Origin: Octopus vulgaris
Taxonomy: Eukaryota
Reading direction: 5' to 3'
Assembly: GCA_951406725.2 (NCBI GenBank)
Contig: OX597814.1
Coordinates: forward strand, 29,946,001-30,010,000
Length of the DNA stretch: 64,000 nt
Part shown: positions 55,059 to 64,000 of the stretch, piece after piece
Layout of the letters: each line of letters starts with the position of its first letter
How positions within the stretch are numbered: position 1 is the first letter of the stretch
Made by a program: the position numbers and the translations under genes
The notes under the pieces: generated by a model
What the model saw: only the letters and a program-made list of their open reading frames with translations
Database searches by the model: none
What the model was told of the DNA's origin: nothing

Positions 55059-55396
55059 CTTTTGGAAAGTTTTACAGATTTCTACAGTTCTAGTGATGGA
55101 TTGGATCTGTAGTTTTTGAATTAGCTTTCTCCTTTCTGGTTTTGAGAAGCCTAATTTCTCAAAATTGGTATTTAGGCAGTGTTACATATCGTAGGGTTCC
55201 AATAATTACAGGTATAAACCTGAACTTGTAATCTGGATAGAGTAACAGCATATTTCTCTATAGCTCAGCGTAGATATTCTCTTTTTCACTGATCTTCAGC
55301 TTTATGTTAACATTTGCTGGGCAGCTAATTTCCACAACTGTACTCTGTTTCTTTTCTCTACCCCAAATCATTGTATCAGGTCTGTTGTGCTTATTT
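54801..55396 (-). mobile_element. 3' end of an RLE-type (R4/Dong-like) LINE
   Basis: Minus strand reads HNRPDTMIW...VVEISCP...KISEKENIY.EL...FIPVIIGTL...EICKTF, a PD..(D/E) restriction-like endonuclease. Confidence 0.82.
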
Positions 55397-55604
55397 ATTT
55401 ATGTATGTATGTAATTGTGTCTGTAAGTATGTATGTGCTTATGTATGTACGTATTTACATACATACGTATGTACATGTCTATGTCTGTGTGCTGAATGTG
55501 TGTGTCAATCTGTCTGTTGATCTAACTTAATTTTTATAGGCTTCATTTAACTCTGAAATCATTAATATTTCTGGTTTCTTCTCAAATATATTTTTATAAT
55601 AATA

Positions 55605-56000
55605 CTAGCAGTATTGCCCGGCGTTGCTCGGGTTTGTAAGGGAAATAACTATATAAGCATTTTTAGAGATGTAAAGTATAATAGCCATCTCAATATGGCT
55701 AACCACAAAGGGGGGGTGTTACTGTAGCTTTTTACGTTCTGAGATTAATAATACATTTTTAGAGAGTTACTTCCCTTATATAAACTGAGCGAAAATGCAT
55801 TAAAAATACGGAAAAATTATGGTAAATTTTTTTTTAAATCGTAGACTCATTGTAGACGCGCGCTAATACCCAGAAGGGCTCGATATGAATCACGACTATA
55901 AGATACCCGGTTTTGGTTACACTGCACCGCAAAATGTAGGAGTAGTTAGGAATCTAAATCGTAGGAGATAGACACACAACTTCACTTTTATATATAAAGA
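55605..56000 (-). mobile_element. Non-autonomous Helitron
   Basis: A|TC...CTAG|T ends and the hairpin GCCCGGCGTTGCTCGGGT. Same family as 46526. Confidence 0.88.
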
Positions 56001-56304
56001 TAAATAAAAAAGATGTATTAAATGTAAACTTTATTGTTTTCAGTTATTTTTTTTATTTTTTTACATTTATATATTTCTGATTTTGGAACAAAGAATATAT
56101 TAGAATACTTAATTTGATTTTTTTCGTCTAACATTGATCTGGCTTAAGGATAAATACTGGGTGTAACATGCATGTTTGTTAAGTGCAATGCATGAAGCAC
56201 CCAACCACAAACCACTTACGCATCCTTGCAACTGATTAAAAATATATGTATATACTTGTGTTTTGAGGTAGATCTATTTTTCTGTTTATTCCATCAAACC
56301 TATG

Positions 56305-56315
56305 GATGATGATGA

Positions 56316-56386
<71 letters not shown>

Positions 56387-56428
56387 TAATAATAATAATA
56401 ATATGCAGGAGAAGAAGAAGAAGAAGAA
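56305..56428. repeat. Compound (GAT)(TAC)(TAA)(GAA) microsatellite
   Basis: Seen directly. Confidence 0.95.
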
Positions 56429-57056
56429 ATGCCCTAATGCAGCACCAGGCAGTGGCTCTTGTGGCTTCTGATCTTAACTGACTGGAAGTGTTATTATATA
56501 CAATGTTTTGCCTTGGTATAAAAGATGGGCTGCAGCAAATATCCTGCTCAATACCACAGATTTACTTGTCAGTTGTTTGACCTTAACCAGTTGAACATGT
56601 TCCTTAGTGGTTGACGATATGTACATCTCTAATCATGAGTAGAAGTAGTGGGGGGCATCATGTTGAGAGGAATTCTTTGGGGTTTGAATAATTCACCTTG
56701 GAAACATGAGTGTTTTGTTCATCATCCTTAAACAAACCTTATTCAGGGATCTTTTGAGTGGGATGGGCTACTCCACATGAAGAAAATTCTTGGTGACACA
56801 TTGTGTCCTTGAGCAAGATACTTTATTTCACATTGTTCCAGTCCACTTAGCTGGCCAAAATGAGTTGTACCTGTGTTTCAAAGGTCCAGATTTGTCACAT
56901 TCTGAATCTCCTTGCGAACTACATTAAGAGTACACGTGTTTGTGGAGTGTTCCGCCACTTGCATGTTAATTTTACAAGCTGGCTGTTCCATTGATTGGAT
57001 CAACAAGAACCCTTGTCATCATAACAGATGGAATGCCACTTATATACATATATATA

Positions 57057-57385
57057 CATCATCATCATCATTGTTTAAAATCCATTTTCTATGCTAGCAT
57101 GGGTTGGACGGTTCGACCGGGGTCTGGGAAGCCAGGAGGCTGCATCAGGCTCCAGTCTGATCTGGCAGTGTTTCTACAGCTGGATGCTCTTTCTAATGCC
57201 AACCACTCCGTGAGTGTAGTGGGTGCTTTTTATGTGCCACCCGCACAGGGGCCAGAGGAGGCTGGCAACAGCCACAATTGGTTGGTGCTCTTTACGTGCC
57301 ACCAACACGGACGCCACGTTCGGCTGGTGTTTTTTATGTGGCACCGGCATGGGTATCACAAGTACAATTTCCATTTGATTTTTAC
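57057..57385 (-). mobile_element. RTE 3' tail copy
   Basis: (CAT)n plus the conserved tail and 3 core-motif units. Confidence 0.88.
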
Positions 57386-58459
57386 ATATATAAATATGAT
57401 GATGATGATGGTGGTTAACATCAGTTTCATTGAACAAATAGATTTTAAACTATTTTGCAGTTTGTCTCCTGATCTGCCATCAGTAAATGTATATAAGCAT
57501 ACATATATACATGTGAGATAGATATGCTTGCACACATGCACACATATATATAGATATACACACAATTATTTGTATTGATAGCAGATTAAGTAACAATCTC
57601 CATAGTAGTTTATAATCTCTTTATTCAATAAAATCAATGTATACTGTCAGTAATTTCAAATGTGATATCTGTTAATTTATGATATAACATTTTTTTTTTG
57701 AGTTCTTCGTCTCTCATGCTACAAATATATTTCTCAGGATTTTACTTTTAATTGATGCTCTAAAAATTTATAATATTCTTTTATTTCTTATTTAATGCCT
57801 TTCATGTTAAACTAATTTTAATACACTGCAAAATAATTGTTAATTGGTGGAATCTAATTGGTGTGTGTCAGCAAAGTTCAATGACATTCACAAATGAAAT
57901 AAATTTTTTGCTCCGGGGATAAAATAGAAATTCTAAAGATTCATGCAGGAAACCTTTATTAGAGAAAATAATGGTTTCAAATTTTGGCACAAGGCCAGCA
58001 ATATCCAGGGAGCAGGCAGGTTGATTTTATGAGTCTCAGAACTTGACTGATACTTATTTTACCAACCCTGAAAGGATGAAAGGCAATGTTGACCTCAGTG
58101 GAATATGAACCCAACATAAAAATGGAGGAAATGCCATTGGAAAAAATAATCAGTCTCAGTATTGAATCTATGCATAGTAGTGTTGTAGTATACGGCCTGC
58201 TTACACTTCTACAACACCATTTTCTTTACATGCTATAAAGGCAGAAGTAAATTAGCCTTCAACTCAGTTGTGCACCTGTGGTTCACTTATTTTTTTGTAT
58301 GTTTTACTACATACAGGTCACCAACTGCCTACCCTAAGTAATTACTGACAGCACGTGCCTGATATATATATATATATATATATATGTCGCCATGATTGAT
58401 CATTTGCCACTACACACATTTTTTCTCTCCTTGTTTCTTTCTTTGTTTTTTCTGTGTCT

Positions 58460-58495
58460 CTTTCTGTAGAAGAGCATAGGCTCGAAACATAAAAG
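58460..58495 (+). ncRNA. Hammerhead-like variant motif in a probable Penelope-type fragment (58385-58572)
   Basis: CTTT-CTGTAGA-A-GAGC-ATAG-GCTC-GAAA-C-ATA-AAAG. The core is non-canonical. Confidence 0.35.
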
Positions 58496-58589
58496 ACTTT
58501 TTCTATTCCTGAGCATTATACTAATACATCTGTTTGTCTTCGTCTTTTGTTTTTTTCATAAACTCTCCCTATATATATATATATATACA

Positions 58590-58745
58590 TATGATGGGCT
58601 TCTTTCAGTTTCCGTGTACCAAATCCACTCACAAGGCTTTGGTCGGCCCAAGGCTATAGTAGAAGACACTTGCCCAGGGTGCCACATAGTGGACTGAACC
58701 TCGAACCATGTGGTTGGGAAGCAAGCATCTTAACACACAGCCACA
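58590..58745 (-). mobile_element. SINE family A 5' half
   Basis: Reverse complement of 61625-61780. Confidence 0.85.
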
Positions 58746-59672
58746 TCCCATTTTCAAGGTTAAAATTTTTTCTGACTGTACCATTGTGTTGAGTGGTGCC
58801 AGTGGATGTAAAAAATGAGTTATACAAAGTGACAGAACTCTAAAACTATTCCTGTGGCTACACAAGCCTCCTGAAGTTGAAAAATTGGCCATTTTTATTG
58901 TGCTCGTCTAGTGTCAAATTGAAATGTATCTGTTTAATATTTGTTTCATAAGTCTCATGTGGATCTACATTATGCTAGAAAATTATGCTGCAAGTGCATA
59001 ATTTAATTTTAATGATTTTATGACAAGCGCAATGTAATATGGTTGGCAAAAAGTTTTTAATCATAAATCAACAAGAACTTTCCAAGATACATTTTTGAAT
59101 ATACTTTTAAAGTATCTAATACAAGTTGTACTATAAAAAGAAACTTCAGTACATACCTATTCAGCTGATTTTTAACAGGAAATATTATGACTAGATGTTC
59201 GTTGTTCACTTAACACTTATGCATGGGAAACCCTGCTGAAATATTTGAAATACATTTAACTGCCATTCCAGGAGGCTGCAGTTCAGGTTCATTACCCTTT
59301 TGTTCATGTGGAGAGTTCCTTTGTTCTCTCTTATTCATGGTTGTTCAACATCTAGTAGATTTTAAGATTTTTAGTCAACCATACAACTTTGTGCTGCTTA
59401 TGAAGTCATTAGAAATGAGTTTTATACTTACACCGTAATTTTCTAGCATAATTTTGATCCGCATGAGATTTACAAAACAAACATTAAATGGATAGCTTTC
59501 AATTTGACACTAGACAAGCACAATAAAAATGGCCAATTTTTAAACTTCAGGAGGCTTGAATAGCCACAAAAATGGTTTTAGAGCCCTGTCACTTTGTATA
59601 ACTCAGTTTTTTTCATTCACTGGCACCACACAAGACAACGGTGCAGACAGAAAAAATTTTGAAAATAGGACC
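58746..59672. mobile_element. Long-TIR (foldback-like) non-autonomous element
   Basis: Diverged inverted arms of about 240 bp at 58746-58987 and 59434-59672. Confidence 0.8.
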
Positions 59673-59721
59673 CCCTTCTCTCTCTCTCTCACACACACAT
59701 GCACACACACACACACACATA

Positions 59722-59965
59722 CAGTGGGCCTTATCACAGGTTCTATGTACCAAATTCGCTCACAAGGCATTGATTAGCCCAGAGCTATAGTAGAAAACAT
59801 GTGGCTATGTGGTTGAGAAGCTTGCTTTCCAACCAGGTGGTTGTGGGTTCATTCCCACTACTTGCACCTTGGGCAAGTCTCTTCTACTATAGCCCTGAGC
59901 TGATGCTGACCAAAGCTTTGTGAGTGAACTTGGTAGACAGAAACTGGAAGAAGCCTGTCATACAT
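59722..59965. mobile_element. Two head-to-head SINE A fragments
   Basis: Minus-strand fragment at 59722-59797, plus-strand 5' half at 59798-59965. Confidence 0.7.
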
Positions 59966-60038
59966 ATATATAAGACAAACTTCTTCCACACATATATATG
60001 TGTATGTGTAAGTAAACTGAAAGCTTGGCATATATGTA

Positions 60039-60629
60039 CTGTAAATCCTCATGTATAATCCGCATTTTTTCCCTAAAATTTAAAGGTAAAAATCCCTAGT
60101 GCATACTATATACAAGGTTAAAAATGAAAATTATTTTCTAAGCAATGTCCGAGTCGCTATTTGCTGACCGGCAATGTTTATTCAGACGCATTTTGTGATG
60201 TCGGGCACGAAAATACCTTAAGTTCAGCCTGAAAGCAATGAAATCATAAAAGAATCATCCATAACTTGCAGTAAGCAACATTTATTAAACGTTATTACTG
60301 TTATCTCTTTATTTTCTGCAAACAAAATGCACAAAAAGCTACACATTTGCATTATGTTATATATACAATAATAATAAAGGACGTTACCGTATACATTTTA
60401 CAAACCCGGGCTCCCAGACAGTTGAACTGTCCAACCCATGCTAGCATGGAAAGCGGACGTTAAATGATGATGATGATGATGATGATGAAGGACTTTATAT
60501 AGACCTCCTTGACTCAAGTTAGAGAAGGGATGCGTATTATACACAAGGTTTAGGTTTTTCAGAGGTACAACCCCCTAAAAATCCCCTGCGTGTTATACTC
60601 AAGGGTGGACTATACTTGAGGATTTATGG
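60039..60629. mobile_element. pogo/Tc2-like MITE containing an RTE tail (60404-60488)
   Basis: TA|CTGTAAATCCTCATGTATAATCC ... GGACTATACTTGAGGATTTATGG|TA. Confidence 0.8.
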
Positions 60630-61569
60630 TATGTGTGTGTGTATCTATACATCTGATGGTTGTAAATGAGCATCATCATCATTATAGATGTGATGTTGCC
60701 TTTTGTAAAATATATGTCACACCATGGGGAATATTACCTTGCTTAGAAACAAGTGGTGGCAGATGACAGAAAGGGTATCCATCTATTAAAAAGTTGCTTC
60801 AACAAATACTGTCTGACCCATGCAAGTGTGGAAAAGTGAACATTAAATGATGATGATATCGATGAAATTAGTGAAATTAAAATGTGGATTAGGAATGAGC
60901 TAGTGACCTGGTATAAATCATTGCAACAGAGTGAAAATTTAGTGACAAAGCTTTGCCATCTTTGGAGAATTAAAGCTACAAAAATATAATAGAATACAAG
61001 TATAATATGGGAGATTACTGTCTCTTAAGAGAATAGGGATTAGTAAAATACTTTTAATTTTCAAATTTATTAAATAAAGTCTCTTATCTTCCTCTCGCAA
61101 CAGCAATATTCTTAGGCAATACTTTGTGACAGTTAATATTTCATTTTTTATCATTGAAATATGTTAAACTGCAACAGATGTTCAAACTTGCTTAAACAGA
61201 TGTGTAATTAACCTTCTTAATTTCTGATCAATTGCTAATAGAAAGAATTGCAAGCTACTTGCATAATTGTCCTGTCAATGCAATATGACCTTAATACTTA
61301 TAGATATATAAGGCTCTTTCCAGGAAAGCAATGTAGTTGTACATGGGATAGAATGAACTGTTCTCACTTCAGCTGCTAATACCCTGTAGACTGTAGGATT
61401 TATGTCTTCTTTAAAAAAAAAAAAAAAAACAAATATAAAAAAAGCAAACTTGTAAGAATGACTTCTTAAGAGATTATCCTAGATCTAAAATGGTGAAAAC
61501 AAGAGAAATTTGTTTTTATGAGTTCATTGTAATAAATGCAAAAAGAGCTACAAACATATTATGGTATGA

Positions 61570-61613
61570 CGCAAGGATGACATGCAAATTCGTGAAGCGT
61601 TCCATATTTTTTT
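61570..61613 (+). pseudogene. U6 snRNA 3' fragment (retrocopy)
   Basis: CGCAAGGATGACATGCAAATTCGTGAAGCGTTCCATATTTTTTT matches the 3' end of metazoan U6 as recalled, with one C>T at a CpG. Confidence 0.92.
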
Positions 61614-61616
61614 ATA

Positions 61617-62003
61617 GGCGCAGGAGTGCCTGTGTGGTAAGTAGCTTGTTTACCAACCACATGGTTCCGGGTTCAGTCCCACTGCGTGGCACCTTGGGCA
61701 AGTGTCTTCTACTATAGCCTCGGGCTGACCAAAGCCTTGTGAGTGGATTTGGTAGACGGAAACTGAAAGAAGCCCGTCGTTTATATGCATATATATGTGT
61801 TTGTGTGTCTGTGTTTGTTCCCCTAGCATTGCTTGACAACCGATGCTGGTGTGTTTATGTCCCCGTCACTTAGCAGTTCGGCAAAAGAGACCGATAGAAT
61901 AAGTACTGGGCTTACAAAAGAATAAGTCCCGGGGTCGAGTTGCTCGATTAAAGGCGGTGCTCCAGCATGGCCGCAGTCAAATGACTGAAACAAGTAAAAG
62001 AGT
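61617..62003 (+). mobile_element. SINE family A, full length
   Basis: A-box-like TGCCTGTGTGG, B-box GGTTCAGTCCC, CCTTGGGCAAG block, AAGAGTA-type tail repeats. Confidence 0.92.
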
Positions 62004-62957
62004 AAGAGCTACAAACATATCTTTTGGACCCTAATTCCAAAGAAATGATAATATAACAGAATTTCCAACTTTAACCAAACAGCTTGTATTTTTAGAATAA
62101 TGTATTTAAAAAATAGGTTAAAATGTGTTACTTGAAATTTCAAGTCAGTAATTAATAACGATTGCCTGAAAATGCTCACAAATTAGCCAAAGTTAATAAA
62201 ATAGATGAAGACATATATAATTAGACATCTAGTCAAGTTATATTTAGATTTTAGTGTTGTATTTCCCTCAATACCAAATTAATCAGCAAAAAAACTCTAT
62301 CAGTGTAGAGAATATGGGTTGCTTTTGCTAAGCTGGCTTTTTCTTTTTTTTGCATTTCATTTCATTTTATTTTTTTTTCTATTATATTAGAAATGGAAAC
62401 TTTTTAAAAAATATCTTGATTGATTTTTGGCTCTGATTCTGAGCATATCAATAATTTTAGATTTCAGATTTATCCATTAATTCAATACATCCTGTATGTT
62501 TTGATATGTATACAAAATATACTGTTATCTATTGTTATTTTTCTTTTAATCATTTATAATCTGTTTCTCTTAATATTGTCCTTAACACAGATATGAACTC
62601 TATTTTCGTTGTATTTTTTATTGACTATAGTATTTCTTGGCAATCTATTCAACTCATACAAATATAAAACAAGTCAAATTACTACGCATTGATGTAAGAC
62701 TATTTTTATAATCACTGTTCCTTTATTTGTTTACTGTACATATACAGCAATACGTGTTACCTTCTGCAATTTTGACATAGTTTCTCAATTTCTTCCTTAA
62801 TCATTCTGTTTCTAGATGAACTACTAGATCAAGTAGAATGATTGGAGATGATATTGAATAACTGTGAATAACTCAGAACAAAAACATTTCTCACCTACCA
62901 TTAATTTAATCATTTTTTTCCCCTGTTGCTATTAAATATATTTTTCTCGCTATTGAT

Positions 62958-63125
62958 GGTGTAGTCATGGCTGTGAAGTTAAGAAGCCTGCTTCCCAACT
63001 ATATAGTTTCAGATACAGTTCCATTGTGTGACACTTTGGGCAAGTGTCTCCTTCTACAGTCTCGGGTTAGCCAAAACCTTGTGAGTGAATTTGGTAGACA
63101 GAAACTAAAACAAGCCCATCATATA
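62958..63125 (+). mobile_element. Degenerate SINE A 5' half
   Basis: TGGCTGTG...TTGGGCAAGTGTC...TTTGGTAGACAGAAACT. Confidence 0.75.
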
Positions 63126-63132
63126 TATATAT

Positions 63133-63455
63133 GTGCCGGTGGCACGTGAACAAAACATTCGAGCGAGGTTGTTGCCAGTGCTGCTGGACTAACTCCTGTG
63201 CAGGTGGCATGTAAAAATTACCATTTTTGAGCGTGGTCATTGCCAGTACCGCCAGAGTGGCCCTCGTGCTGGTGGCATGTTAAAAGCACCCATTACACTC
63301 TCAGAGTGGTTGGCGTTAGGAAGGGCATCCAGCTGTAGAAATTCTGCCAGATCAGATTGGAGCCTGGCACAGCCATCTGGTTCGCCAGTCCTCAGTCAAA
63401 TCGTCCTACCCATGCTAGCATGGAAAGCGGACGTTAAACGATGATGATGATGATG
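63133..63455 (+). mobile_element. RTE 3' tail copy
   Basis: Three core units, conserved tail, (GAT)n. Confidence 0.88.
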
Positions 63456-63700
63456 TGTTGGTACCACATAAAATGCCCTCATGCTGGTGCCACATAAAAT
63501 GCCTTTATGTTGGTATCACATAAAAAACACCCATGCTGGTGCCACATGAAAAGCAACCATGCTGGTGCCACATAAAACTGACTTGTGCTGGTACCATGTA
63601 TAAAACACTGGTGCTGGTGCCATGTAAAACTCCTGGTATACTCTGTAAAATGGATGGTGTTAGGAAAGCAATCCAGCCATAGAAACAATGCCAAAGCAAA
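63456..63700 (+). repeat. ~26-bp tandem array (about 7 units) of the RTE UTR core motif plus an older tail
   Basis: ATGCTGGTGCCACATAAAA-like units at about 63455, 63481, 63507, 63533, 63559, 63585 and 63612. Confidence 0.75.
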
Positions 63701-63715
63701 CAAATTGTATCCTGA

Positions 63716-64000
63716 CTCAGGCCTGGCTGTTTGGTTTAGAAGCTTGCTTCCTAACCAGATATATGATCTTGGGTTCAGTCCCACTGTGTGGCACTTTGGG
63801 CAAATGCTTTCTTCTATAGACCCCGGCTGACCAAAGCTTTGTGACTGAATTTAGTTGGTAGAAACTGAAAGAATCCTCTCATATATTCAAGTTTATGGAT
63901 ATGTGTGCATGAGTGAGTTTGTATGTACCCTTGTCTTGACGTCACGTGCTTGTAAATGAGCATCACTGTCATACAAGCAGTGTTCTTTGTTTCCAGTCTT
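63716..64000 (+). mobile_element. SINE A-headed variant with a different 3' part
   Basis: tRNA-like head, then TTGTAAATGAGCATCA...CATACAA, also seen near 39810 and 60660. Confidence 0.65.

Noticed and set aside
56430-56790. Possible LINE 3' UTR after the compound microsatellite
   Set aside because: It looks like a repeat I recall, but it is single-copy here with no diagnostic motif, so it is left unclassified.
61570-61613. Functional U6 gene
   Set aside because: The 5' ~60 nt including the ACAGAGA box is missing, and the fragment lies inside a TSD.
61617-61690. tRNA gene
   Set aside because: It is a tRNA-like SINE head present in many copies and continues into the SINE body.

Overview
This is AT-rich, microsatellite-dense eukaryotic DNA. 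The repeat repertoire (tRNA-headed SINEs, RTE LINE tails ending in (GAT)n, RLE-type LINE ends) fits an octopus or other coleoid cephalopod; that assignment is inferred from recalled repeat families and was not checked. I found no host gene exon, so the window appears intronic or intergenic, and nearly all listed ORFs are repeat or microsatellite artefacts. Main elements: a young 5'-truncated RTE LINE (26871-29108) whose RT carries an in-frame C4HC3 PHD-type finger and whose 3' UTR holds a 63-bp tandem array; a CR1-type LINE 3' end next to a 2.5-kb (TA)n/(TG)n tract; a full-length dead mariner with a nested Helitron; an internally deleted piggyBac; several MITE families; a Helentron-type HINE; tandem RLE-LINE ends in a (TATG)n tract; and two SINE families. 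Most notable observations: a U6 snRNA-SINE chimera inside one 17-bp TSD (61543-62020), a second 5'-extended SINE chimera inside a 15-bp direct repeat, four hammerhead-like motifs including a retrozyme-like 318-bp unit, and a 3' tail shared by a SINE and a CR1 LINE. Coordinates were read by eye, so ends of degenerate copies are approximate.
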